Origin: an uncultured bacterium
Lineage (GTDB): Bacteria; Patescibacteriota; Patescibacteriia; CAIQCM01
DNA length: 64,000 nt
NCBI GenBank assembly: GCA_963708045.1
Contig: OY970181.1
Span: 1,061,443 to 1,125,442 of the forward strand
Direction of reading: 5' to 3'
Position numbers and translations under genes: made by a program. This document shows, one piece after another, positions 37,032 through 46,572 of the stretch; position 1 is the first letter of the stretch, and each line of letters starts with the position of its first letter. The notes under the pieces are model-generated. The model was not told the origin of the DNA, ran no database searches, and was given only the letters and a program-made list of their open reading frames with translations.

Positions 37032-38060
37032 TTACCGGTTTGTCCGTTCCAAATACTCGGAAAGAATAACGTTGCCCGCCGTCGCAACCGGAATTGCCAA
37101 AAGCGCGCCAAAAATTCCGCCAACCGTATACCCAATCACAAGCGACAAAATCGCAACAATCGGATTAAGGCCGGTTGTTTTTTGCATCACTTTAGGAACA
37201 AGGATCATATTCTCTAGACGCTGAATAAGGAAGAAGAGAACAAGAACTAATATTGCCTTGGTCGGCGAGGTGGAAGCGGCGAAAATAACCGCCGGAACCG
37301 TTGCCGCGACCGGTCCAACATAAGGAACAACCTCCAAAACGCCCGCTAAAACCGAAAGCAGCAAGGCATACTTAACCCCCAAAATTGATAACCCGGCATA
37401 GGTTACGATGCCGACCGCGAACATAAGAATGAGCTGACCCAAAAGCCATTGCCCGACTTTCTTTTGCATCTTTCCAGCAATATCCAAAACCAGTTGGTGA
37501 TATTTTTTTGGCGCGATCGCAACCGCCATATCGCGAATACTGTTTCGCTCCACCACCATAAAAAATGAGAGCACGAGCACAATGAAGAAAGAAACGATTC
37601 CCGAAAAAACACCAGAAACGGTTGAATATAGTCCACTAAACCAATTAGCGACTCCCGAATTAAACGCGTCCACGCTTTGATTAAAGCTATTTTCAAAACC
37701 ATAATGCGCGCTCGCCGACTGCAAACTATTAAATCCGGAAAGCGCTTTTGTCCATACCGCGCTAAAACCGGCAATGAGATCACTCCATTCTCTTGCAATT
37801 AACGGAACTAGCAACCAGACTAAAGCGCCGAGTAGTGTAAAGAAAACAATATAAACAACGAGCACGGTGAGTGACCGAGGAATTTTCTTTTTTTCTAACG
37901 CATCGGCAATCGGGCTAATCGCAAAGGCAAACAGAATAGAAACCAAAATCGTGCCGACAAGATCGCGAAATAGGTATATTAAAAAAACACCGAGGAGCAC
38001 CAAAACAAAACGAACCATTGTTCCGGTGGACACAGAAATTACGCGTTTTTCTTCAGACAT
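37032..38060 (-). CDS. AI-2E family transporter (PerM/UPF0118)
   Basis: 342 aa, 8 TM. Conserved VLEVVPYVGP and LSILGVKYALLL regions. Confidence 0.8.
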   Translation of the reverse strand: MSEEKRVISVSTGTMVRFVLVLLGVFLIYLFRDLVGTILVSILFAFAISPIADALEKKKIPRSLTVLVVYIVFFTLLGALVWLLVPLIAREWSDLIAGFSAVWTKALSGFNSLQSASAHYGFENSFNQSVDAFNSGVANWFSGLYSTVSGVFSGIVSFFIVLVLSFFMVVERNSIRDMAVAIAPKKYHQLVLDIAGKMQKKVGQWLLGQLILMFAVGIVTYAGLSILGVKYALLLSVLAGVLEVVPYVGPVAATVPAVIFAASTSPTKAILVLVLFFLIQRLENMILVPKVMQKTTGLNPIVAILSLVIGYTVGGIFGALLAIPVATAGNVILSEYLERTNR

Positions 38061-38094
38061 ATTACTTATAATATATAAAAAACTAGGCGTTTGG

Positions 38095-39348
38095 TCAACG
38101 GACGACGAAAAAAGCTACCGAAGCCGCAAACATAACCACGGTTGCACCCCAACCAAAAACTTTTACCCACGAACCATTAACATAACGCCCCATCACCTGT
38201 TTGTTACCAGCAATAAGCAAAATAAGAACCATCAAAACCGGCGCAATCAGCCCATTTAGCGCCGCGGCATAATATAGCAAACGGAACGGCGGCACGCCCA
38301 AAAAATTTATTAATATTCCGATTAAGGTGGCAATGGTAATGATGCTATAAAATCCGTGAGCGTCTTTTAGCTTGCGATAAAGCCCCGAGCGCCAACCCAA
38401 AGTTTCGGCCAAAGCATATGACGCCGATCCGGCAAGAACCGGTATGGCAAGCAGACCCGTACCAACAACACCAAGCGCGAAAATAATTGAAGTAAACGGT
38501 CCAGCCAAAGGCCTGAGCGCCGCCGCCGCTTCGGTTGCCGTTCCGACATTCATAATTCCCGCCCGTCCAAGCGTGGAAGCTGTTGTGGCAATAATAAAGA
38601 ACGCGACCAAATTAGAAAAAATCATGCCCGAAACGGTATCAAAGCGCATTTTTTTAATATCGGTCTTAGTCACTTTGGGCAACCCTTCCCCCATTGCCTT
38701 AAGTTTTCCGCAAACAATTTGCTCTTCATTTTCCTCACTGGTTTGCCAGAAAAATAAGTAGGGCGAAATAGTCGTACCAAGAATGGCCACCAGATTGAAA
38801 AAATATTCTTTGCTTAAAACAATGGTTGGAATAAAAACCGAACGCAAAATTTGCGACCAATCTTGCTTAACGACAAAAGCGGCGGCAACATAAGCCAAAA
38901 GCGACAAAGCGAAATATTTTAAATACCGCGAATATGTTTTGTAGGAAATAAAAATTTCCAAAATTAAAATTACAATCACCATCCCGACAAGCCAAACCAT
39001 AAAATTGCCGCCAAATACTAACTCGGCCGACGAGGCCATCGCGCCGAGGTCGGCGCCGATATTTACCGTGTTTGCGACAAGTAGCAAACCAACCGCAAAA
39101 AACAAAATTGTTTTTCCAAACCGATCTTTAATTACCGCCGCAAGCCCGCGACCAGTTACAAGTCCGATCCGCCCGCACATTTCCTGAATCGCGATCATAA
39201 ACGGCGTCGCAAAAAGCGCGATCCAAAGTTGCGAGTATCCAAACTGCGCGCCGGTTTGCGAGTAGGTGGCAATACCCGACGGATCATCGTCGGCCGCGCC
39301 GGTAATAAAGCCCGGCCCAAATTTTTTCAAAAATTTTTTAAATTTCAT
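38095..39348 (-). CDS. mntH: NRAMP-family divalent metal (Mn2+/Fe2+) transporter
   Basis: GPGFITGAADDDPSGIATYSQTGAQFGY is the Nramp consensus. Revised start MKFKKFLKK (the upstream 43 codons of the track ORF lack RBS support and overlap a promoter/hairpin). Confidence 0.8.
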   Translation of the reverse strand: MKFKKFLKKFGPGFITGAADDDPSGIATYSQTGAQFGYSQLWIALFATPFMIAIQEMCGRIGLVTGRGLAAVIKDRFGKTILFFAVGLLLVANTVNIGADLGAMASSAELVFGGNFMVWLVGMVIVILILEIFISYKTYSRYLKYFALSLLAYVAAAFVVKQDWSQILRSVFIPTIVLSKEYFFNLVAILGTTISPYLFFWQTSEENEEQIVCGKLKAMGEGLPKVTKTDIKKMRFDTVSGMIFSNLVAFFIIATTASTLGRAGIMNVGTATEAAAALRPLAGPFTSIIFALGVVGTGLLAIPVLAGSASYALAETLGWRSGLYRKLKDAHGFYSIITIATLIGILINFLGVPPFRLLYYAAALNGLIAPVLMVLILLIAGNKQVMGRYVNGSWVKVFGWGATVVMFAASVAFFVVR

Positions 39349-39380
39349 TTGTATATTATACCAGAAACGTAAAATTAAAT

Positions 39381-39407
39381 CGCCGGAAAGGTTGTCCCTT
39401 TCCGGCG
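39381..39407 (-). terminator. hairpin terminator between the YkgJ-like gene and the Nramp promoter
   Basis: cgccggaaagg-ttgtcc-ctttccggcg perfect 11-bp stem, followed on minus strand by ATTTAATTTTACG and then TGGTATAAT (extended -10) 6 nt before the Nramp ATG. Confidence 0.4.
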
Positions 39408-39430
39408 ATGGTGCGTTCGCGTTTTTCGGT

Positions 39431-40372
39431 CTAGCGCTCACGAGTGAGCGAATACAAGACCCTTGGATCAAATTCACGCATAAACTGACTTTGCCATTCC
39501 CTAATCTTTCCGGAAAATAACTGCTCTAGCGCACCAGGCTTTTCTAGTCCCGAAAGAAGCGCAAAGGCGTTGTCGCGCAGTTTTGGTTCAAAGCGCTCAC
39601 TCATGAACTTACGGACGGCCGAGGCAAAAACTTGTTTTTTGCCACCCGCGAGTCCAAGCGCTTGCGTATGATCACGGCCGACAAGCAAATCATCATCTTC
39701 CGCCTTTGTCCCAAGCTTCAGAATAACCGCAAGATAACCGCTAACGTCAATTTGAAACGGGGTTCGTCCGAAAAAAAACAAATCGGAAATAGCCGCATCA
39801 ATCGCCATTATCCGATTTACTTGCGGAAATAGTCCGCCGACTACCGAAGATGAAGAACGATTGTCGTCTGTTGCGCAAATAAAACTCCTTGTCGTGAGGC
39901 GCAATCGCAGATCATACGTTTCCGCTCCTCCGCGATGGCCAGCCGCAAAAAACATTTCCGGGAAATTGCGACAAGCGAACGGTTTTTCGTCATGAACTGT
40001 GCAACGACCTTGTTGAAGAAAACGACACGGACGATTTAGTTTCCAACTAAGCTGCCAAGTGTTTGGCACGGGAAACATACCGTCTCGCCAAACTGCATCC
40101 ACGCCAAGACTAACGCTCTGGCCGAAAAACTCTGTCGTCGTTTCGTCGGCAAGCGCCGCCAAAGCCAGAATCTCAAACAAGTTGACGGTGATTTGTGGGA
40201 ACTTGCCAGTACAGCACGGACGAGAACATGAATCCGGACAGGCATTGCGCGAAAACAGAACTTTTTGTGAATTTCGCGCGAACAAAAAAGAGCCAACGCT
40301 CTTCCCAAACTGTTGAATCCACCAATGTTTTTCCATTACGTACTTCCTTTCCGTTGTTATGGCGAACATCAA
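39431..40372 (-). CDS. YkgJ-family (CxxCxxCC, putative Zn/Fe-chelating) protein
   Basis: CPDSCSRPCC plus QGRCTVHDEKPFACRNFP resemble UPF0153/YkgJ motifs. Confidence 0.5.
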   Translation of the reverse strand: MMFAITTERKYVMEKHWWIQQFGKSVGSFLFARNSQKVLFSRNACPDSCSRPCCTGKFPQITVNLFEILALAALADETTTEFFGQSVSLGVDAVWRDGMFPVPNTWQLSWKLNRPCRFLQQGRCTVHDEKPFACRNFPEMFFAAGHRGGAETYDLRLRLTTRSFICATDDNRSSSSVVGGLFPQVNRIMAIDAAISDLFFFGRTPFQIDVSGYLAVILKLGTKAEDDDLLVGRDHTQALGLAGGKKQVFASAVRKFMSERFEPKLRDNAFALLSGLEKPGALEQLFSGKIREWQSQFMREFDPRVLYSLTRER

Positions 40373-40401
40373 AAACTACCACCCCTCCTCAAAAAAGTCA
40401 A

Positions 40402-40437
40402 CCTCCCATCTTTCCACGATCGCGGAAAGATGGGAGG
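40402..40437. repeat. 36-bp palindrome (bidirectional terminator-like), copy 1
   Basis: cctcccatctttccacgatcgcggaaagatgggagg flanked by A6 and T6. A near-identical perfect copy lies at 43391-43426. Confidence 0.5.
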
Positions 40438-40576
40438 GGTAATATTTTTTACAAAACAAACAGCCGTGCCCACGAATGGACACGGCGTCGAGCAGGATTC
40501 TCTCCACGATTCCCGTCGGCAAAATTCAAACGACGAGTATTCCGCAAATGAGCTACCTTTCTTTCCTTTAAGGGCG

Positions 40577-41032
40577 CTACTTCTGCGACGCCCAAAAGGT
40601 TTGCTCCTCGGACAATTTACTGAGATCGAGTCCGAGACGTCCAGCGATCACGCGCGCAAATTCCATCCGAAATCCGTTACACCAACCCACGTGAACAATC
40701 GTGTTCGGCGGCAACTCGCCGCTTGGGGTCGTTTGGTGGTTCGCCCGATACAAGGTGCCTGTCTTCAAGAGCATCAAAGAGATTCCGCAGACCACGTCCC
40801 GAATGTTATAGCCCGAACTTAACACCTCATGCATCGCAGAAAGAGCTTGAAGCAGCCCTCTGTTCACAAAGACGACTTCAGACAAAATTTGACCAGCAAC
40901 TTTGCTTCTGTGGTGCGCCACGACAACAAACAAACTCTGTCCGTTTTTGGGCGTCCTTCGTCCTGTTTTCTTCACGATGTCCTCCTTTGTTAAAACCAAA
41001 CATTTACTGCAACTGCCACCAGATTGGCACAC
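40577..41032 (-). CDS. hypothetical Cys-containing protein
   Basis: 151 aa. N-terminal CQSGGSCSKC, conserved-looking HVGWCNGFRMEFARVIAG. No family recognised. Confidence 0.4.
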   Translation of the reverse strand: MCQSGGSCSKCLVLTKEDIVKKTGRRTPKNGQSLFVVVAHHRSKVAGQILSEVVFVNRGLLQALSAMHEVLSSGYNIRDVVCGISLMLLKTGTLYRANHQTTPSGELPPNTIVHVGWCNGFRMEFARVIAGRLGLDLSKLSEEQTFWASQK

Positions 41033-41123
41033 GTTTTTTTGCTTGTCAATCCATCATTAGCACGATCTCAAAACAAACAGCCGTGCCCACGAATGGACAC
41101 GGCGCCGAGAATTTTTCCTCCTT

Positions 41124-41381
41124 CTACTTGGCTTCGCTCTTTTCGGACGCACCCGCTGTTTTGCAGGGCAGATGCCAACCGCCCAAACCAACGGCATACT
41201 CCCACGTTTCAGGATTTAACTCGCTGAACAAAATTTTATGAGCAACCGTGGTTGGCACAAATCTTGCCGCGAAAATTGCGAGAATCGCAGGCACTGCAAG
41301 GAGCAGAGGATACTCTTCCGCAAGCGGCCCGAGACGAGTCCAGATCAGACGAAACGGCAGACAATGCGGCGTTTTTTTCAT
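41124..41381 (-). CDS. small hydrophobic hypothetical protein
   Basis: 85 aa, one TM. Confidence 0.3.
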   Translation of the reverse strand: MKKTPHCLPFRLIWTRLGPLAEEYPLLLAVPAILAIFAARFVPTTVAHKILFSELNPETWEYAVGLGGWHLPCKTAGASEKSEAK

Positions 41382-41391
41382 TTTATCTCCC

Positions 41392-41925
41392 TCAACGACG
41401 ATTTTTTCCGTGCAACCTATGAGTATGAACCATTACTCGTAGACAAAAATATGCAATTGCCGACAAACTTTGCCCTTGCCGCTCAGCTTCCCCACGAAGA
41501 GTCCAAGCCTCTTTGAAATCGGTGAACGGCGCTGCTCTTTGTGTTATAAGAGCACCTGAATCAAATTGGTTGTTTGGCGTCGTGCCTCGCTTGAACTCGC
41601 CAAGCAGTTGGGTTACTTCCTTTTTATAAGCATAGATAACAATGAACGACGGCTCGCGTTTCTTTTGCAAGAGCTTGAGATCCTCTTTGCTCTCAGCAAT
41701 CTCCAAACAAACTCGCCCAACATTCACTGTCGCCTTTGCAAGATCGTTCCGACCGTCTTTGATGCGCGAGGCAACCAAACGAGCCTCGGTAAGAGTTTCA
41801 AACGGCGTGTGGTCATTTGTTTCAAAACTCTCAGAGTCACTATTTGGATCGTTTACTGAAAGTCCAAAGAGCAAAATCAGCCCATCAACTTCGCAAACAA
41901 TCAAGTATCCTTTGATTTTTCGCAT
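41392..41925 (-). CDS. hypothetical protein
   Basis: 177 aa. Start overlaps the stop of the upstream wHTH gene (ATGA). Confidence 0.4.
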   Translation of the reverse strand: MRKIKGYLIVCEVDGLILLFGLSVNDPNSDSESFETNDHTPFETLTEARLVASRIKDGRNDLAKATVNVGRVCLEIAESKEDLKLLQKKREPSFIVIYAYKKEVTQLLGEFKRGTTPNNQFDSGALITQRAAPFTDFKEAWTLRGEAERQGQSLSAIAYFCLRVMVHTHRLHGKNRR

Positions 41926-42164
41926 TACTTAATTCCTCCCAAAGTAAGTTGTGCGTTTTGTTCCGGCAACACCGTTGGTTGGTCATAGTGCCAACGTGTG
42001 TCAGCACCTTCGTACATTCCAACCTCTTTTACCCCCTCTATCCATCCCATACTTTGCGACACGCCGTTCGTATTAAGACCGGCCTGCTTAGCAATTTCGC
42101 GAGTCGTGGCGGTACCACCAAGATCAAGCAACGCTTGAACAATCTTTCTATGACGTGGTTTCAT
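41925..42164 (-). CDS. small winged-helix DNA-binding protein
   Basis: 79 aa. KIVQALLDLGGTATTREIAKQAGLNTNGVSQSM is an HTH-like helix-turn-helix. Confidence 0.5.
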   Translation of the reverse strand: MKPRHRKIVQALLDLGGTATTREIAKQAGLNTNGVSQSMGWIEGVKEVGMYEGADTRWHYDQPTVLPEQNAQLTLGGIK

Positions 42165-42254
42165 CTTCCCCTCCTTGCGCTCAAGATTATATCACTAATC
42201 TTTTGCCGTCAAACCAATTTTTTGTCGAGGTTTCGCCTCGACAGAAATAACAGA

Positions 42255-43055
42255 TTAGTCGTTTAAAGACAAATATTTATTTTTCTCTTCGGCGTATATT
42301 TTTTCAATGCGCGAGGCGCTGATAGCCGTCCCATAAACTCGGAGATTATCAATATAACCAATGAGCGGAATTCCGTCCCCTGCACAAGATGATCCAATGT
42401 TTGAAACTAAATCGTTTAAATTTAAATTGAAACTGTTGGTAAGCGTCAAATGTCCGTTAAGATAATAGCTAGCCTTAGTTCCTGAACCGCTCCTTGCAAT
42501 AGCCAAATGATTCCATTTGCCATATTGAATATCGCCGATCGCATCTTCCGGACCGGCGTTATAAACGCGCAAATGATTCCCTGGTGTATTCAGATAAACT
42601 GCACTGCTATAACAGCCGGGCGAGCGTTTGCCAATTAGTGTGTTAGAGGCGCCGCTCAATTTATTGAACCAAAAAGAAACCGTACCATCGCCAACGCCGG
42701 AAATGGCGGTTGTTACATACCCCGTACCATTAAGGTTAAGAGCGCAGCCTTGTCCCGATGGCGTATAGTTTTTATTAGTCGTCGCACAAATCCAAGTTGT
42801 GCCGCCGTACAAGGTTGCGACGTTTCCATTACCACTTGCGTCCATGGCCGAAGTTCCGCTACCATCTTCAAAATCAAAAACAGCAACCGCTTCAGATCCA
42901 GCAAGATGCTGGACGCTTGCTTCAAACTGCAGACCAGAAGCAACGGCGGCTTTTTCACGCAAGCCAGAAGTTGCGACAACAGCAATGGTTGAGAGGAGGC
43001 CAATGATAGCGATTGTCACAAGAACTTCTATCAAGGTAAAAGCACGGCGTTTCAT
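42255..43055 (-). CDS. type IV pilin-like protein with LamG/concanavalin-A-like lectin domain
   Basis: MKRRAFTLIEVLVTIAIIGLLSTIAVVA prepilin motif, then a beta-rich ~200-aa domain (TVSFWFN...NHLAIARSG...YLNG) typical of LamG-like folds. Confidence 0.75.
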   Translation of the reverse strand: MKRRAFTLIEVLVTIAIIGLLSTIAVVATSGLREKAAVASGLQFEASVQHLAGSEAVAVFDFEDGSGTSAMDASGNGNVATLYGGTTWICATTNKNYTPSGQGCALNLNGTGYVTTAISGVGDGTVSFWFNKLSGASNTLIGKRSPGCYSSAVYLNTPGNHLRVYNAGPEDAIGDIQYGKWNHLAIARSGSGTKASYYLNGHLTLTNSFNLNLNDLVSNIGSSCAGDGIPLIGYIDNLRVYGTAISASRIEKIYAEEKNKYLSLND

Positions 43056-43077
43056 AAATGATTTATACCATTTATCA

Positions 43078-43338
43078 TCAAGATGTGTAATTACCGCACT
43101 TGACTAAAAATTCTTTTTGCGGCCGAGAAAGTTTTTTTATCTGCGCTTCGCGTTTGCGAGCAACGGACTCGGACACGGCTGATTTTTTCCAAACCAATTT
43201 TACCGGCCGACGCGAACGCGTGTATTTAGCACCCTTTCCCAAATTATGAATTTTAATTCTTGTCGCAACATCGGTTGTAATTCCCGTATATAAACTACCG
43301 TCGCGACATTTTACAATATAGACGAACCATTTTTTCAT
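43078..43338 (-). CDS. stand-alone GIY-YIG nuclease-domain protein
   Basis: WFVYIVKCRDGSLYTGITTDVATRIKIHN (GIY...YTG) plus conserved R/E/N downstream. 86 aa. Confidence 0.8.
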   Translation of the reverse strand: MKKWFVYIVKCRDGSLYTGITTDVATRIKIHNLGKGAKYTRSRRPVKLVWKKSAVSESVARKREAQIKKLSRPQKEFLVKCGNYTS

Positions 43339-43390
43339 ATTTATTCAGTATAACAAATATTCACCAACAATGTTTTCGCATTTTTTAAAA

Positions 43391-43426
43391 CCTCCCATCT
43401 TTCCGCGATCGCGGAAAGATGGGAGG
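43391..43426. repeat. 36-bp perfect palindrome, copy 2
   Basis: cctcccatctttccgcgatcgcggaaagatgggagg flanked by T6AAAA and T-rich sequence. Confidence 0.5.
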
Positions 43427-43460
43427 GGTGTTGTTTTTTAAATTTTTATTAAAATAAAAT

Positions 43461-43482
43461 CGCCCCGATGACCGTCGGGGCG
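43461..43482 (-). terminator. intrinsic terminator after hisI
   Basis: cgccccga-tgaccg-tcggggcg followed on minus strand by ATTTTATTTTAAT. Confidence 0.45.
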
Positions 43483-43517
43483 ACTGAAGACGCCAATTCG
43501 CGTCTTATTGTTGTGCG

Positions 43518-43958
43518 CTAGCTCGCGGGACGTAACGTCATCACGTCACCTTCTAACACAAGCTCGCGATAGTAGCACGATGGCCGGGACTTACCGTCAG
43601 CACCCGGGGTGTGGCAAGCACCGTTGCCCTGCGGGGTCACGAGTATGAGCAACGAATTCTGCTCGCAGTTAACATATACCGCTACAACGGCGAGCGTGTC
43701 GCCCGAGGTAGCACCCTTGACCCAAAGTTTGTTCTTTGATGTTGACCAAAACGTCGCGACGTGTGTTCGCAACGTTTGAAGAAGCGCAGCTTCGTTCATA
43801 TATGCCACGATCAACACTTTTTGTGTGACCGCGTCCTGAACTGCGACCGGGATGACGTTCGTTGTGCCGATCGTCTCAAAGATTGCCCGCAACTTCCCAA
43901 AGTCTATCGCCAGGACATTTCCTTCTTCCAAGGACGTATGCGTGTTGGACATTACCAC
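43518..43958 (-). CDS. hisI: phosphoribosyl-AMP cyclohydrolase
   Basis: IPVAVQD..VLIVAYMNEAAL..T..ATFWSTSKNKLWVKGATSGDT..VV.VYVNCE...LLILV...G.ACHTG..SCYYR matches the HisI/PRA-CH fold motif set. Confidence 0.8.
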   Translation of the reverse strand: MVMSNTHTSLEEGNVLAIDFGKLRAIFETIGTTNVIPVAVQDAVTQKVLIVAYMNEAALLQTLRTHVATFWSTSKNKLWVKGATSGDTLAVVAVYVNCEQNSLLILVTPQGNGACHTPGADGKSRPSCYYRELVLEGDVMTLRPAS

Positions 43959-43961
43959 TCC

Positions 43962-44390
43962 TTATGTGTCCGCGTTGGACAAAATTTGGTGCATTGACGC
44001 TCTGACCCTTTCCGCAAAAGCGTCTACATCGTCAAAGGTTTCCATTGTTGTCTGTACAATTCTCTGCGATTCGGTCATTTGAAGATGGATCAAAGATCCA
44101 TCTTCAAAGCGGACTCTCAAATCCAAAACCGCGCTCGTAAGCAGTCTGAGTATTCCGTCGGTCGTCCTCGTCGGCAAACGATGATTGTCTACGGGTTCAA
44201 GCCGCAAACTAAAACAAGCCGATTCCAAAGAAATCGCGCCGGCTTGAAAGACGACCGTGTAGCTCGGCCACTCCATTTTTAGAAGCAGACGCTCAATCAA
44301 TGCAAGTGCACGATGCGCCCCACTTGAAACAGTCAGAAACCAACGTTCTTTTTCCATTTGCGATCCCTCCAATGTAAAACGAACAATCAT
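43962..44390 (-). CDS. hypothetical protein, translationally coupled upstream of hisI
   Basis: 142 aa. Stop 4 nt from hisI start. No family recognised. Confidence 0.4.
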   Translation of the reverse strand: MIVRFTLEGSQMEKERWFLTVSSGAHRALALIERLLLKMEWPSYTVVFQAGAISLESACFSLRLEPVDNHRLPTRTTDGILRLLTSAVLDLRVRFEDGSLIHLQMTESQRIVQTTMETFDDVDAFAERVRASMHQILSNADT

Positions 44391-44508
44391 TCCACTCTCA
44401 GAACTTGCCCATCTTTACATACGTTAAAATAAAAATCAATCCCGGTCTCTCTCCCAAAAATGGAAAGCGGCCAGGATGATTAATTAACGCTAATTTTAAA
44501 AATATTTT

Positions 44509-45249
44509 TTACCGCAATATCCAACCACCATCAACGACAATGACCTGCCCAGTAATGTAGCTAGATTTTTCCGAAGCCAAAAAGGCGACGGCGTTTGCAA
44601 TGTCCTCGGGTTCGCCCATTCTGGCGAGCGGAATCAGCGCCAAAGTTTGTTTTTGCGATTCTTCGTTCATTCCCGACGACGCGCCTGGCGTCTTAATCGC
44701 GCCTGGCGCAACCGCGTTTACGGTAATTTTTTTATGCGCGAGCTCTAGCGCGAGGGCGCGCGTAAATCCGTTAATGCCGCCCTTTGACGCGCAATAATGG
44801 GTAAGCCCTTCAAAACCAATGATTGACGCGACTGAGGAAATAGTCACAATCCGACCGCCTGGCGGCAATATTTTTGCTGCTTCTTTGGAACACAGAAAAA
44901 CGCTTTTCAAATTTACATCCATAACTTTTTCCCAATCCGCTTCGGTCATTTTTTCAAACGGAACAAACGGATAGATGCCGGCGTTATTAATAAGCGCATC
45001 CAACCGACCAAACTTATCCATTGTCTGTTTAAAAAGTGCCGAGACAGCGGCGGCATTAGAAACGTCGCATTGAACACCAATCGCTTCAACCCCTAACGCT
45101 TGCAAATCTTTTGCCGTCGCGTCGCATTCCGTTTGTTTTAAATCGGCGACAACGATATTAAAACCGTCTTTAGCCAAGGCCACAGCAATTCCCTTGCCAA
45201 TCCCCTTTGCCGCGCCGGTCACGATCGCGATTTTTTTATTTGCCGACAT
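44509..45249 (-). CDS. fabG: SDR-family oxidoreductase (3-oxoacyl-ACP reductase-like)
   Basis: TGAAKGIG Rossmann motif, NNAG, catalytic S...YCASK. Confidence 0.85.
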   Translation of the reverse strand: MSANKKIAIVTGAAKGIGKGIAVALAKDGFNIVVADLKQTECDATAKDLQALGVEAIGVQCDVSNAAAVSALFKQTMDKFGRLDALINNAGIYPFVPFEKMTEADWEKVMDVNLKSVFLCSKEAAKILPPGGRIVTISSVASIIGFEGLTHYCASKGGINGFTRALALELAHKKITVNAVAPGAIKTPGASSGMNEESQKQTLALIPLARMGEPEDIANAVAFLASEKSSYITGQVIVVDGGWILR

Positions 45250-45260
45250 ATTAGTAAAAA

Positions 45261-45869
45261 TTAATTGTTAAATTCTTCTTTAATAATTATTTTTGCTTTT
45301 CTAAGCGCGATGCCGCGATGGCTAATTAAATTTTTTTCTTCTTTGGTCATTTCGGCGTTGGTTTTGTTTAACTCAAGATTATAAAAAATCGGATCATAAC
45401 CAAAACCATTTACTCCTTTTGGTTCTTTGGCGATCACGCCGCGATATATGCCTTCGCACGTCCGCACTTTTTCGGTCGCCGGATCATAAAGCGCGACCAC
45501 CGCGCGAAATTGCGCGCCACGTTTTTCCTCGGAAAAATTTTTAAGTTCATTAAGCAATTTTTTATAACGATCTTCATCGGTTCCTGCGGCATAACGCGCC
45601 GAAAACACGCCCGGACGACCGAAAAGTGCGTCAACTTCCAACCCCGCGTCTTCCGCAAGCGTGAGAAGTCCGGTTTTTCGCCCGTACGCGAAGGCTTTAA
45701 TAAGGGCGTTGCCTTCCATTGTCATTGCCGGTTCTTCAACTTCAAAATCTTTTGAAACATCAGCTTCGTCCAAGCCGATCGTTTCAAAAGAAAGATCATT
45801 CAATTCCAAACTAATCTCGGCGATTTTCCCTTTGTTGCGCGTAGCGATAAGCAGTTTTCTTTTTGACAT
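45261..45869 (-). CDS. rdgB: non-canonical purine NTP pyrophosphatase (RdgB/HAM1)
   Basis: [14 protein letters not shown] ... FGYDPIF ... SHRGIALRK motifs. Confidence 0.9.
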   Translation of the reverse strand: MSKRKLLIATRNKGKIAEISLELNDLSFETIGLDEADVSKDFEVEEPAMTMEGNALIKAFAYGRKTGLLTLAEDAGLEVDALFGRPGVFSARYAAGTDEDRYKKLLNELKNFSEEKRGAQFRAVVALYDPATEKVRTCEGIYRGVIAKEPKGVNGFGYDPIFYNLELNKTNAEMTKEEKNLISHRGIALRKAKIIIKEEFNN

Positions 45870-45954
45870 ATAATTTATAAATATACTATACCACTTGGTT
45901 TGTTCAAATTGAACTAAACTTGCTATAATTTAACAAGTTTCAATCGCAATCTTT

Positions 45955-46563
45955 ATGACCGAAACAACGCCTTCAACTATTCCAGCCGTAATTGAATACA
46001 TCGCAATTCATCCCAAAACCGAACTTTTGGGATCGTTAACCGAAAAAGAAATCGCCGATTTTAAACGCGACGTTATTCTTCAAGCGCAAGGCGATCCGGT
46101 TATGCTTTCCGACGACACGCCGGCGATTGTTGCCGCGCTTATGTTTGCCGCGGTCTATAATGTTGCAACCGAGGTCGTCCTTTGCCAAAGCAACAAGGCA
46201 ATGGTATTACTCTTTGACCATCAAGCCGTAAAACCTCTGCGCCCAAAAAATGTCAACGAAAAAATTTGGACGCAAATTTTATTAGAAAAAGAAAAAGATA
46301 TCAGCACGAACGATGCTAACCGCGAAAGTACTATTGATCTCCAAAAAATCTGGCAACGCGCCGCGGAAGAAAACGATTTAATAAGTTGCGTTAATTATTT
46401 TATCAAATCTCTTGCCGACCATCTCCAACCTTGTGCAACGCTCCGCCTCCGCGGCACGATCCCTTGTCTGCCCCTCATGGCCGCAATCTACGTTACCCGA
46501 CCATACGGCCAAAATATTATCTACACCGACGCCGATCTAAGAAGCGTCACGCTATTTTCTTAA
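45955..46563 (+). CDS. hypothetical protein
   Basis: 202 aa. Preceded by TTGTTC-N18-TGcTATAAT promoter-like sequence at ~45895-45930. Confidence 0.45.
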   Translation: MTETTPSTIPAVIEYIAIHPKTELLGSLTEKEIADFKRDVILQAQGDPVMLSDDTPAIVAALMFAAVYNVATEVVLCQSNKAMVLLFDHQAVKPLRPKNVNEKIWTQILLEKEKDISTNDANRESTIDLQKIWQRAAEENDLISCVNYFIKSLADHLQPCATLRLRGTIPCLPLMAAIYVTRPYGQNIIYTDADLRSVTLFS

Positions 46564-46572
46564 ACATTTTTT

